A DNA stretch of 64,000 nucleotides from positions 11,718,001 through 11,782,000 of the forward strand of contig OX597819.1 in NCBI GenBank assembly GCA_951406725.2. The letters run 5' to 3'. The stretch is from Octopus vulgaris (taxonomy: Eukaryota). Positions 13,506 to 26,938 of the stretch are shown one piece after another (within the stretch, counting starts at the first letter, position 1; each line of letters begins with the position of its first letter). The position numbers were made by a program, and so were the translations under genes. The notes under the pieces are model-generated. The model did not search any database. It was not told where the DNA came from and worked only from the letters and a program-made list of their open reading frames with translations.

Positions 13506-13876
13506 AATGTAGTGTAATAGAGTAATAAGGAACTTAATGTGGTAGAGAGTACATGTTTTCTGGCACTTCGTCGGTTACTACGAGAGTACCAGTTGATCAA
13601 TCAACGGAACAGCTTCCTCGTGAAATTAACTTGCAAGTGGTTGAGTACTCCACAGACATGTGTTCTCTTAACGTAGGAGGTGTCAGGGAGATTCGGTGTG
13701 ACACAATGTGACAAGACTGGCCCTTTGAAATACTGGTGCTACTCATTTTTACTAACGTGAAATGAAGTGTCTTGCCCAACGATATAACGGTAAGTATCGA
13801 ACTCAGAACCTTACGATCCTGAGCCGATAAACTAACCACTAAGCCACATGCCTTCACAATATAATAGTATAGTATG

Positions 13877-14475
13877 GCGGCGAACTGGCAGAAACGTTAG
13901 CACGCCGGGCGAAATGCGTAGCCGTATTTCATCTGGCAATACGTTCTGAGTTCAAATTCCGCCGAGGTCGACTTTACCTTTCAACCTTTCGGGGTCGATA
14001 AATTTAGTACCAGTTATGCGCTGGGGTCGATGTAATCGACTGAATCCGTTTGGCTGTCCTTGTTTCCTTGTTTGTTCCCTCTGTGTTTAGCACCTTGCGG
14101 GTAGTAAAGAAATAGAAATAGGTATTTCGTCTGCCGTTACGTTCTGAGTTCAAATTCCGCCGAGGTTGACTTTGCCTTTCATCCTTTCGGGGTCGATCAA
14201 ATAAGTACCAGTTACGCACTGGGGTCGATATAATCGACTTAATCCGTTTGTTTGTCCTTGTTTGTCCTCTCTGTGTTTAGCACCTTGTGTGCAATAAAGA
14301 AATAGGTATTTCGTCTGTCTTTATGTTCTGGGTTCAAATTCCGCCGAGGTCGACTTTGCTTTTTATCCTTCCGGGGATGATAAATTAAATAGCAGTTGCA
14401 TACTGGGGTACGATCTAATCGAATGGTCCCCTCCCCAAAAATCTCGGGCCTTGCGCCTAGTGTGGAAAAGATTAA
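13877..14475 (+). mobile_element. Head-to-tail trimer of SINE family 1 (tails A, A, B)
   Basis: Units 2 and 3 both begin internally at aaagaaata|ggtatttcgtctg. Confidence 0.85.
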
Positions 14476-14512
14476 AATAGTAGTGAAGATACATGAGTAA
14501 TGTAATAGTGCG

Positions 14513-14543
<31 letters not shown>

Positions 14544-15907
14544 GTGTGCGTATATGTGTGAGTGTGCGTGTATGTGTATGTGCGTGTGTGTGTGTGTGTG
14601 TGTGAGCGTGTGTGTATATGTGTGTGTGCCTGTATGTGTGTAAGAGCGTGTCTGCGTGTATGTGCTTGAGCGCGCGCGTGTTTGTGCGTGTATGTGTGTA
14701 TGTGTGTGTGTGCTTGTATGTGGTCATGTTGTAAGTGATGATGGTATGTGTGGTGATGGTGGGGGGGTTGTGTAGTGGTCGTCGTCGTAGTGGTGATGGT
14801 GGTGGGTGGTGGGTGGTGGTGGTGGTGGTGGTCGTCGTCGTCGTCGTGTTATGTCGAAATGGTGACATTGTGTGTGGTGTTTTATAGACTGTTTTGTGTA
14901 ATGTCTTTATAAGTCTAGTGACACGTTAAACTCGTCCTCTACATTCACAAATTACACATGCATCGCTACCACCACCACCACACTAAGGATTATATTTTGC
15001 TGTGGAAGGGTTTAGTCCCACCTCGACCTTGACTCAAGGTGTTTAGATCAGAGATGTGCTAGTCCCCGCTCAAATAGGTTTGATGTGTAACCATCTTGTA
15101 ATTTACTTAGTCATGGTGTATCTAGAAATATTTTATCTAATGTGTCCTACATTAAAACGATAGTGTGATTTGAGGGAGACTTGACTGCTATTTTCAGCAA
15201 GTCAAGTTGCTACGAATGGAGTACCCTATGATTTAATAAGCAATATAATGATTGAAGAATAGGGGCAAAATAAAAGTACAAAATTGGTGTGTTGCGGTAT
15301 TAGGTCACGAGGAAAAGAGACGAATTTCAATGTTTCGGGCTGGAAACTCTTCATCAAGATAAAGAAAACAAAATATAATTTTAAAAATTAGAAAAAATAT
15401 AGTTTATGTGTTCTACTGAACAAGCATAGTTTACAAATAGCGGAACGAACGTGGGCCGAAGTATGTGTTGTTTCAGGCAGATGAGAGTGTGATAGGAGGT
15501 GTGTGATTGTTGGTCATGCGCAGTGGAGTGGACTGAGGTGCCAGGTAAGCAGTGACAGCAGAAACATGTGTGAGATGATGAGTAGACGAGAGGGAGGAAG
15601 AATGGTGGGGCTGGGTGGGTGATGTGGCAGTGATGAGATGAAGATGATGTAGTGTGGTGGGGGAGGAGTATGGATGGAGGGGGTGCACACAACATATGGT
15701 ATACTCACTCTCCTCACACACACACACACACACAGAGGCAGACACACAGAGGCACACGCACATACGCATATATATTTGTATGTATGTGTGTTGTGCGTGT
15801 ATGTATTTGTGTGTATATACACACATATATATATACATATACATATTTATACATATACATATGTATATACACACGTATATAAGTAGGGGCGTATATATGT
15901 ATATATG

Positions 15908-15952
<45 letters not shown>

Positions 15953-16668
15953 ATATATATGTGTATGTATATATATATATGTGTATGTATATATATGTGT
16001 ATGTATATATGTGTATATATATATATGTATATATGTGTATATATATGTATATATGTGTATGTATGTATTTATATATGTGTATGTATATATGTGTATATAT
16101 ATATGTATATATATATATGTGTGTGTATGTGTGTCTGCATGTATATATATATATATGTATGTGTCCGTGTGTGTGTGTGTGTGTGTGTGTGTACATACAT
16201 ACACCTCCACATAAGTGATGACATGTTCAGTAGGTGATAAGTAGCGAGTGAAATCTTACAGCCTTATATGTGAACGCCACCTCAATGACGTACGTCAGCG
16301 GATAGAAGAATCGGTTGGCGTGAATACAAGAGAAAGTTGATACGTGTGGGAGTATCAAAGAAAGCCTAATCGATGATTGATTCCACCACAGGGAAAGCCG
16401 CCCTCGGCCAGAAGATTCATCTTAGTTCTCGGACAGGAGTGTCATGGTGCAGGAGAAAGACAAAAACGAAAATATTATAAAGGGAAAGACCATGTGAGTT
16501 TAATATAACTGAGTCTCGTTGACACAAGTGGCGGTCTGGAGGAATTGAGAGGCGACAACTAAATGCAACAAGTTCTTGGAAGCCGCCACGGCTGGCAGGT
16601 AATCACTGAATCATTTGATCTGTTTCGCTAATACAGAATAAATATTTGCTTATACGCATACATGCATG

Positions 16669-16962
16669 CAGTAATCCCTCGCCATATCGCGGTTCACCTA
16701 CCGCGGTTTATTATTTAAGCATGCAGTAATCCCTCGCCATATCGCGGTTCACCTATCGCGGTTCACCTATCGCGGTTTATTATTTAAGCTTACGTCGATT
16801 CCTCCGTGCTGTTCTTTTGCATTTATGATAAAATAAATATATATACAAATTATAAAAAAATAAAAAAGAATATACAGTACAGTACTGTTTCTACTTCGCG
16901 GATTTTCACCTATCGCGGGGTTGGGTTGGAACGTAACACCTGCGATAGTCGAGGGATTACTG
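16669..16962. mobile_element. Tigger/pogo-like MITE with duplicated left end
   Basis: TIR CAGTAATCCCTCG at 16669 and 16724; CGAGGGATTACTG|TA at 16950-16962. Confidence 0.75.
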
Positions 16963-17108
16963 TATATACAAATGTATACATAATTGTGTGTGTACGCGCG
17001 TGTGTGTGTGTGTGTGTGTGTGTCTTCCACTATTGTTTAACAACAGAGATCGGTAGAATAAGAACAAGACTTTAAAAATAAGTACTGGGGTCGATTCATT
17101 CGACATAA

Positions 17109-17169
<61 letters not shown>

Positions 17170-17180
17170 TAGATAGATAA

Positions 17181-17672
17181 GTTTCTTTATTGGCCACACA
17201 GGGCTGCACACAGATGGAACAAGTTACAAGGTAGAGCTTTTCTTTTGGGGGATGAAAAAAACAAAAAACAAAAAACAAAATAAACGAAAAAAGGGGGTGT
17301 AGGTTTTCGATCAAAAGGGGAAAAAAGAACAAAAAATAGAAAAAGGAAGAAAAGGAAAAGGAATAAAAGAAAAGAGAAATGAAAAAAAAGAAGAAAAAGG
17401 GGGAAAAAAGGGGAAGAGAAAAAAAACGATCAATAGGGATCGTGTATCACAGTGTCATGATGTATGGTGTAAAGGGAAAGCAAGTAAGGTTTATCCGTGG
17501 GAAGAAAAGCCTACGAAAAAGACCACGGTAACCTTGGTCAATATTGTCATATGTTACCACATTTGTTTGCAAGAGGGTAACCCTCTGTTTTCAATTTCTG
17601 GGTTCATAGGATTATGCTCAAGGTGGTTTCGTCATTCATACGTGCCATCCTTGCTACATTCACCCATCTTTT
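17181..17672 (-). mobile_element. Related Tx1/L1-like LINE 3' end inserted in (GATA)n
   Basis: WVNVARMA matches WVNCARLA of the 7.6-kb copy; ends cagccctgtgtggccaataaagaaa; GATA arrays on both sides. Confidence 0.6.
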
Positions 17673-17680
17673 TTTAAAAC

Positions 17681-17721
<41 letters not shown>

Positions 17722-18944
17722 CATCCCCAAGAAATGTATGTTCACATTGACTGATTATAAAATCAGTGTTTATTAAATACATTTCATTTTCAAACTTTAA
17801 CGGAATCCAGACTGAATTTAATTTTTTATGAGCGTCTGTTTTCAAGCTCATTGACCGCTCTGGCCCAAGCACTTGCTGATAATTTGAAGCAATAGAATCG
17901 CAAACATCAAGAAAACTTACACACGGTATTTGTGCACATTTTCGTTCAATGGCTACCTGACTGTTGCCGATTTGTTCTGCAAACTTTATCTTTTAAGTAA
18001 CCTCTTAAAAAGACCTCTGTGATGTATGGTCCGGTGAATGTGGAGGGTATTCAACTGAAGCTCTTTGTCCAATCCACCTGTTTGGCAAAATTTTGTCAAG
18101 GCGCGCCCTCACATTATTATGGTTGTGTGGGAGTGCCCCATCTTCCTATAAATAAAACTGTTCATTTCCAAAATCCTCTTGAATGCTTGGTGTGACAAAT
18201 TGCCGCAGCAAGTTCAAATAAATAGGACAGGATCAATCACAGTACCGTGAAAATAGAATAGTCCAATTAATCCTTTTGATGATAAACCGCACCATACTGT
18301 AACTCCAGGTAAATCAACATGATATTCCTCCGTAATATGCAGATTCCCAGGCTCTCATTAGGTGCAATTAAGGTTGTTAATTGAGACATTTAATTTAAAT
18401 ATAGCCTCGTCCCTTCAAACAGTCTTCGTTGGCAAGTGTGCACCTTCAACAAATCTTACAAAGTGCGACTCGCAAGACTCCATTCTTCGACCAGATCGTC
18501 TCCACTGAAAACGTGGACTCTTCTTAAAAATGTAACTTTGGACACTTAATTTTGAAATTACTATCTTCCGACGACCCGGTTGCCGCGCAGGGTTTCTTGA
18601 ACTCTAAGCAATGCCCTTCTAGTACCCGACCTTGATTTGTGAGTTTTGTCAATGCTTGCAATTTTCCGGAACGTTCCTTGTGTACATTCTGAGCAGTTCC
18701 GTCTGTTTGAAACTTAGCTTTAATTCGACTAATGGTAAGTCACGTGCCTAGATCCGCTTAAAACTGCCCACTAAACCGTTTTTGCACTTCGACTGTTTTC
18801 GACTGCCCAGTAGCGCTTTAGGATGAATTTCCTTTGTCCAAAGCTTAATCTGGCCCCCTTAATTATATCTAATAGGTTAAATCAAGAAAGAAATTGAGTT
18901 GTCAGTTGTTAAAGTGTCTATACATTATTCAGGAACACCCAGTA
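17722..18944 (-). pseudogene. Tc1/mariner-superfamily (rosa/maT-like) transposon relic
   Basis: rc DEAIFKLN; [14 protein letters not shown]; EDGALPH; EYPPHSPD..GYLKDKV; terminus TACTGGGTGTTCC..AATGTA. Confidence 0.7.
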
Positions 18945-19009
18945 CATAAGTATATTTGTGTATATATGTGTGTGTATGTGAGTGTGCGTAAGTATAAATA
19001 CATACAAAT

Positions 19010-19057
<48 letters not shown>

Positions 19058-19106
19058 GTATATATGTATATATATGTATTTGTATGCGTACGTATTTGTA
19101 TATACG

Positions 19107-19165
<59 letters not shown>

Positions 19166-19196
19166 ATATGTAAGCGTATGTATATGTATGTGTACG

Positions 19197-19258
<62 letters not shown>

Positions 19259-19267
19259 TATATATAT

Positions 19268-19590
19268 ACTTTGATACTTTGATACTTTGATAGGTTTCGG
19301 CCATTATTAGCCCAGGCCATGTCTAACTTAATAGCACCACCTGGTGAAGTCTTTCAAGTAAGAATTTGGGCACTATGGCCCACTCAAGTAGAGAGTTATT
19401 GTTTACAGAGACATATCCGGGTGTAGGGGGTTTATCCGGAATTTCTTGAAGGAATCTGTCCAGAGACTTCTTGAACCCTATAGGGTCAGTTTCTGTTTTA
19501 ATGTGTTTTGGTGTAATGTTAAAGAGAGCGGGGCCAATTGAGGTGAAATAATTGTGCCGTATTGTTGTTATGAGATGAGAGTGCGATTTT
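19268..19590 (-). mobile_element. CR1-group LINE 3' end
   Basis: rc RHNYFTSIGPALFNITPKHIK..FKKSLDRFLQEIPDKPPTPGY..NSLLEW; tail (ATCAAAGT)n. Confidence 0.65.
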
Positions 19591-19592
19591 TG

Positions 19593-19639
<47 letters not shown>

Positions 19640-19642
<3 letters not shown>

Positions 19643-19832
19643 ACGAAAAAAAACAACAAAATTCGAAGACAGGTGGTGTACAAAACAAACAGATGTATTA
19701 GTGAAACGCTCAGGAATAGAAAAAGTCTTTTACGTTTCGAACCTATGCTCTTCTACAGAAAGGGACACAGAAAACAAGGAGAGAAACAAGGAGAGAGAAG
19801 AAAATGTGTGTAGTGGCTAACGATCTATCATG
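19640..19832 (-). mobile_element. Hammerhead-like element, family H1
   Basis: rc: CTGTAGA-A-GAGC-atag-GTTC-GAAACGT...TGAGCGTT...CTAATACATCTGTTTG. Confidence 0.6.
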
Positions 19833-20453
19833 ACACACACATGATGGATTCTCTCTTTGTAAACAACAAACGATGGATTATTGAAATAAAACGGTAATCA
19901 TGTTCTATGGACACGAACGTGTTTTTTTTTGAGAACTGTTGTTGCCTTACAGTTAAGAACTAAGTTTGCTTGAGTGTTCGTGGGCCATTTACTATGTGTT
20001 TTCTTGAGTGGACTGCAAGACCTGCTTTGCTTCATGCCACAAAACCACAATGACAGGTAAGGTCTTCATTTACAGAAGAGGCGTTTTGCCTTCATGCTTG
20101 CACGAAGTTGGTCCCGATACTGGAGTCAGCTTTGCTCAAAATCTTTGAACTGAGAAGAAGCAGGACTGGCACCAGGTCCTGCGTTCTGATATTTCGTTTT
20201 CCAAGGAAGAGAAGGGAATGTTGTATCGCTTCCGATTGTCTTTAGTTCATCTTTGAAGCGCAAGAGTGGCCTTCCAAATGTATTCATGTGTGTGTGTGTG
20301 TGTGTGCTCGTGCGTGTACATATATATTCCGTAACTGTGAATCCGATAAAATGTACATTGTTTCGCCCGAGATATTTCCTATACGTGAGGGGGTCAGGTA
20401 TCTACGACTTGTATGTATGTATGTATGTATATCAATGCAGTACGGACATATAG

Positions 20454-20601
<148 letters not shown>

Positions 20602-20611
20602 GGATGGATAG

Positions 20612-20692
<81 letters not shown>

Positions 20693-20751
20693 GGATAGAT
20701 ACACTCACATACCTTCACTTCGTTCAAAGCCAAATAGTTTAATTGCTGAAA

Positions 20752-20826
<75 letters not shown>

Positions 20827-21830
20827 AAGCAGCAGCAGTAGAAGCAGCAGCAGCAGCATAGTACAGTGATGATGCTTTTGTTAGTGTTTGTAATGTTGGT
20901 GATGGTGGTCGTCGTCGTTGTCGTCGTGGCTGCGTTGAAGAGGAGGTTGCGGTCGGAGGTGGGGGTGATAGTGGTTGTGGTGGGGGCGGGGGTGAAAGTG
21001 GTGGTGGTGGCGGTGACGGCGGCGGCGACGGCGGCGGCGACGGCGGCGGCGACGGTGGTATTTGTGGTAACTGAGGTACAGTCAAACTATAAACTGTTAA
21101 TTACAACTAATTAGTGACAAATGTTGATTTATCTCATCATTATCTCTTTTTAATCATCTCTGCTAATTATGTGTACTCACACATGCATTCCCATACACAC
21201 AGACGCAAATACATACATACATATATACATACATACATACATACACGCATACACACATATAAATAGATACGCACCTTTACATATATATATACAAACACAC
21301 CCACATATATACATACATATACGTACATAGAAACGAACCTGTATATATATATATATATATACACGCATGAACATGGACAGTGACATGTAACTTCGCACAC
21401 ACACACACACACACATACACACACATTGTCAATCATTCACAGAGAAGTAAATGAATGCACACATTTACACATACACACACGCGTGTGCGCTAAAATGCAA
21501 ACACACACATATATTATACACACATGCATATATATATATACGCACACACAGAAAATATATTATTACGTAATGTTATTAACATAAAATGCACGCATATTCA
21601 CATATACAATATCGTATACACACTCATATATACACATACATACGTACATACATACATACATACATACATACATACATACATACAAATATAGACATACATA
21701 CATACATATATATATATACATAGACATACATACATACATATATAATCATACATACATACATACATAAATACATATACATACATACATATATTTATGTATA
21801 AATACATACATACATACATAATATACATAC

Positions 21831-21875
<45 letters not shown>

Positions 21876-21969
21876 CAAACATACATGCATATATATAGAC
21901 ATACATACATACATATATTTATATATAGACATACATACCATACATACATACATATATATATAGACATAC

Positions 21970-22000
<31 letters not shown>

Positions 22001-22003
22001 GAC

Positions 22004-22034
<31 letters not shown>

Positions 22035-22411
22035 GACATACATATATACATTATACCCGAAATATAAACATACACACGCATGAAAATATAAACATCATTA
22101 GAGTTACTAATGAACTTAAATAAAGCTGACACAGATCTCCCCCCCCACCCCCATGAACATTCGAAATATCTAATTTAAAACTGAAACAAAATATTACAAA
22201 CTAGACCAGTTCACTAAGAAGGTATTCCATACGTTCTTGAAACGAAATAATCACTTCACAGAGGTGACTCAGCGGTGAAATTATGAACGATTTCAGCAAA
22301 TTCCCAACAGGTGATATTTCGTCGATCGGTATAAACCAAACGGGCGAAAAATCAAGGCAGCTTCTGTGCCCACGCACGCAAACACACATATACACGCACA
22401 CACACACAATA

Positions 22412-23462
22412 ATATTTATTTCTTTATTGCCCTACAAGGGACTAAACATAGAGGGGACAAACAAGGCCAGACAAAGGGATTAAGTTGATTACGTTGATTA
22501 AGGCGGCGAGCTGGCAGAAACGTTAGCGCGCCGGGCGAAATGCTTAGCGGTATTTCGTCTGTCGTTACGTTCTGAGTTCAAATTCCGCCGAGGTCGACTT
22601 TGCCTTTCATCCTTTCGAGGTCGATAAATAAAGTACCAGTTACGTACTGGGGACGATGTAATCGACTTAATACCTATGTCTGTCCTTGTTTGTCCCCTCT
22701 ATGTTTAGCCTCTTGTGGGTAATAAAGAAATAGGGATTAAGTTGATTACATCGATCCCAGTGCGTAACTGGTACTTATTTAATCGACCCAGAAAGGATGA
22801 AAGACAAAGTCGACCTCGGCAGAATTTGAACTCAGAACGTAGAGACAAACAAAATACCTATTTCTTTACTACCCACACTGCTTCCTGTATGAATTCAGAA
22901 GAAGCCCTTTAAATATGGGAGCAAAATATTCGTTCTAAGAAAATAAAGCTTTAAGTATTCGGACAAACCAAGTTTTGTCAATATTGAGCGTCTGAAAGGC
23001 GACGAGCTGGCAGAAGCGTTAGCACAATGGGCGAAATGCTTAGCAGTATTTCGTCTGTCTAGATGTTCTGAGTTCAATTTCCGCCGAGGTCGACTTTACC
23101 TTTCATCCTTTTGGGGTCGACTAAATAAATACTAGTTACGCACTGGCGTTGTTATAACCGACTTTATCCTTTTGTCTGTCCTTGTTTGTCCCCTCCATGT
23201 TTAGTCCCCTGTGGACAACAAAGAAATAAATACTGAGCGTCTGAAAGGCAGCGAGCAGGCAGAAACGTTAGCACACCGGGCGAAATGCTTAGCGATATTT
23301 CGTCTGTCTTTATGTTTCTGAGTTCAAATTCCGCCGAGGTCGACTTTGCCTTTCATCCTTTCGGGGGTCAATAAATTAAGTACCAGTTGCGTATTGGAAT
23401 CGATCTAATCGACTGGCCCCCTCTCCAAAATTTTCGGACCTTGTACCTAGAGTAGAAAAGGA
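22412..23462. mobile_element. SINE family 1 cluster (nested antisense pair, then tandem pair)
   Basis: + copy 22502-22730 lies inside a - copy with duplicated agggattaagttgatta; + copies at 22998-23228 and 23247-23462. Confidence 0.85.
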
Positions 23463-24650
23463 TATTAAGCGTCTGAAAATCCTAGTAGTGGAAAATCCGA
23501 AGCAAACTACCCGAGAGTTAGCAAAATTGTTCAAGTCACACTTCGATCACAAAACACTTTCCTGAAAGAGAAAAAGTGACTAAACCTGGTTAATGGATCC
23601 CTCATCATCTAACTGCTTCTTGCTTTAATCAAACAGTTTCTATCTCCTCGTCATTGAAGAATAGATTTGCTGTCGAACTTTTCATTAGTGATAAAGTATG
23701 GTTTCACTGTTATCATATTCAACGGAAACGACAATGGTTAGCGCCCAATGAAAAAGGAAAATCAATTCGAAACCAGGTCCCACAAAAAAAGTTATGTTCT
23801 GTATTTGGTGGGATATGATGGGTGTCGTCTGTTTAACACTATGAAGTGTTAAACCAAAACGAAACATTTAATGCGGAGAAGTATTGTCGCCAATTAGAAG
23901 CTTTGCACAAATGTTTGCATAAAAAGTGTCCGTCATTGGTCAGTCGTAAAAGGGTGTTGGTCTTAGATGATAATGCAAAACCATATACCGTAAATCCCCG
24001 AGTATAGTCCGCCCTTGAGTATAATATGCAGGAGATTTTTAGGGAGCTGTACTTCTGAAAAACCTAAACCTTGTGTATAATACGCACCCCTTCTCTAACT
24101 TGAGTCGTGCGTAATTAAGCCAGCAGCACCTAGTCGAACAAACACTTCCGCGCATGCGTAATACAATGATGGTAATGTTCTTAACTGTTATATGGGAATG
24201 TAAATATGTTTGCAAATTGTTTTTGTTATGTTATTCTGTGTTCTGAATACTTTTATTTTAATAAATGTTGCTTACTGCAAGTTATGGATGATTCTTTTAT
24301 GACTTCATTGCTTTCAGGTTTAGCTTAAGGTATTTTCGCGCCCGACATCCCAAAATGCGTCTGAATAAACATTGCCGGACAGCAAGTAGAAACTCGGACA
24401 TTGCTTAGAAAATATTTTTCATTTTTAACCTCGTGCATAGTACGCACTAGGGATTTTGAGCTTTAAATTTTTGGAAAAAAGTGCGGATTATATTCGAGGA
24501 TTTTCGGTATTGCCCAAGTCAAGAGGAAATTATAGCCCTAAATATGGAAGTTTCGCTTTTTCATCCTTCTTCTCCTGACTTTGTTTATCTGTTTATTAAT
24601 TGTGAAGTGGTTAAAAGTTTATAGTGCTTCTTTGCATCGAAGCCTGAAGA
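22880..24650 (+). pseudogene. Mariner transposase relic interrupted by two SINEs and a MITE
   Basis: WIPHHL; KKVMFCIWWDMMGVV; NAEKYCRQL; LDDNAKPY; SPD motif after the MITE. Confidence 0.75.
23987..24508. mobile_element. Tc1/mariner/pogo-type MITE inside the mariner relic
   Basis: TA|CCGTAAATCCCCGAGTATAGTCCGC ... GCGGATTATATTCGAGGATTTTCGG|TA. Confidence 0.75.
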
Positions 24651-24796
24651 ATTTTATGCCAGAAATCTACACAATTGGCCACATAGATGGGATTACGTTA
24701 TCAATGATTAAAGAAATTGTCTTGAATATACCAATTAAGACCAAAGCAGCATTTGTTTTGTTTTTGGGGTTTTTTCTCATCTTAAAATGCAACAGA

Positions 24797-24847
<51 letters not shown>

Positions 24848-24935
24848 TGTGTTATACGTTGTATAAGTTTGCTATATGCCAACGCACGACACTATCAGCC
24901 CTTTAGTCACTTTGTTGCCTTTCCTAAATATTTTA

Positions 24936-25321
24936 CTGTGATACTTCGCAGTACGAGTTTAATTCGTTCCATGACCGAGCTCGTCTTACGATTTACTCGT
25001 TTTACAAATCAATTTTCCCCATTGAAATTAACTAAAATATAATTAATCCGTTCCAGCCCCACAAAACCACTCAAAAATAATTTCTTGTGGGTTTTAAAAC
25101 AGAAAAGGTGTAGTTATTATAAATACAAAATGACAATTATAAATAAGAGAACGCGAAAACAGAAACGTAAACTGGTTTTATTAACTGAATTGCCTTAATG
25201 TTGGGACGATTTGTGTGCTCGTACTGCGGATTTCCGTTCGTAATCCGAGACAATTCACACGAGTCTCAACTCGTACAGCAAATTACTCGTACAATGGTGC
25301 ACTCGTACTTCGAGGTTCTAC

Positions 25322-25323
<2 letters not shown>
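24936..25323. mobile_element. Tigger-like MITE
   Basis: ctgtgatacttcgcagtacgag ... ctcgtacttcgaggttctactg; repeated ctcgta subterminal motifs. Confidence 0.55.
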
Positions 25324-25408
<85 letters not shown>

Positions 25409-25451
25409 AAACAAGTCAAAGTAGAAAATGCTAAAATAATTTTATAAAGAA

Positions 25452-25498
25452 CATTTCAGTACGGTTTCGGTCATTTTGAAACCTTTTCAACTGTAACG
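25452..25498 (-). ncRNA. Second copy of the same hammerhead, 1-nt deletion in stem III
   Basis: Reverse complement reads cguuacag UUGAAAA GGUU-ucaaaau-GACC GAAA CCG UA cugaaaug. Confidence 0.55.
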
Positions 25499-25719
25499 AT
25501 TAAATAATTAAATTTAGAAAAATTAGAAGAAAAGTTTTTTTAAAGGAATATTTGTATAGTAGTGTTCAAATATAAGTGGCATTCTGCCTTTCTCTGACTC
25601 CCTTGTTTGCACTTGTGCAAACAGAGAAAGGCAGAATGCCACTTATATTTGAACACTACTATACAAATATTCCTTTAAAAAAACTTTTCTTCTAATTTTT
25701 CTAAATTTAATTATTTAAT

Positions 25720-25767
25720 CGTTACAGTTGAAAAGGTCTCAAAATGACCGAAACCGGTACTGAAATG
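25720..25767 (+). ncRNA. Minimal type I hammerhead ribozyme (U3-A8 core variant, palindromic stem III)
   Basis: cguu-a-cag UUGAAAA GGUC-ucaaaau-GACC GAAA CCGG UA cug-a-aaug. Stems I and II pair, stem III is the palindrome ACCGGU, and the predicted cut is after GUA at 25759. Confidence 0.75.
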
Positions 25768-25848
25768 TTCACTATAAAATTATTTTAGCATTTTCTACTT
25801 TGACTTGTTTTTTCATATATATCAACTCGTGTGTTCCTTTTCACCCTT

Positions 25849-25917
<69 letters not shown>

Positions 25918-25944
25918 CATACATATATACATACATATATATAT

Positions 25945-26150
25945 AGTTAATCCAAACAAGAAAACACAAAAAACACAACAACGCGAGGACGTGGAACAAA
26001 TAAGTATTATTGGACGCTCAGGAAAGAAGGGAAGAAGGAGGGTTTAACGTTTCGAGCGGAGCTCTTCGTCGGAAACATAGGAGAAGGAAAGATCCAGAGA
26101 AGGGAAGACAGAGGGAAAAAAATCGCCAACGGTACACACGAGGTCACACT
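25945..26150 (-). mobile_element. Hammerhead-like element, family H2, in (TA)n
   Basis: Longer near-identical copy of 4283-4428. Confidence 0.65.
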
Positions 26151-26157
26151 TTGAAAT

Positions 26158-26404
<247 letters not shown>

Positions 26405-26493
26405 AAAAAAAAACACAAAACACACACACACATATATTATTTAGAGCTACAGCAGAAATAACTGCAATAGCGGCAATAGTAGTCGTAGTAGTC

Positions 26494-26546
<53 letters not shown>

Positions 26547-26574
26547 GGTGGTGGTGGTGGTGGTAGTGGTGGTG

Positions 26575-26614
<40 letters not shown>

Positions 26615-26900
26615 CAGCAGCAGCAACGGCAGCAGCAACGGCAGCAGCAACGGTAGCAGCAGTGCGCCAAGAACAGCAAAATAGCATTGTGTGTATTTAT
26701 ATATTCTGAGCATTAAAAAAAAAGTCTTCGTTATGTTATTTCGTCCGATTGTTTTTGGCGAGAAAAGAACGACCAAAGTCGTATTTCGAAATTTTGAACT
26801 ACCAACCACACACATGCACACACACACACAGCAGATATGTATTTACATATATGTGTACGTGTGAGAGAGGGGGAGGAGAGGAGAAGAGAAAGAGAGAGAG

Positions 26901-26938
<38 letters not shown>

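Larger units (their letters stand above)
25405..25814. mobile_element. Head-to-head palindrome of a hammerhead-bearing Penelope-like pLTR fragment in (TA)n
   Basis: About 205-bp near-perfect inverted arms, centre at 25613-25614, a ~9-nt bulge on the left arm, TA repeats on both sides. Confidence 0.75.

Noticed and set aside
15319-15360. rc UUGAUGA-A-GAGUU-ucc-AGCCC-GAAAC as a functional ribozyme
   Set aside because: Mismatched 3-8 pair and stem II, no stem I; counted only as a relic.
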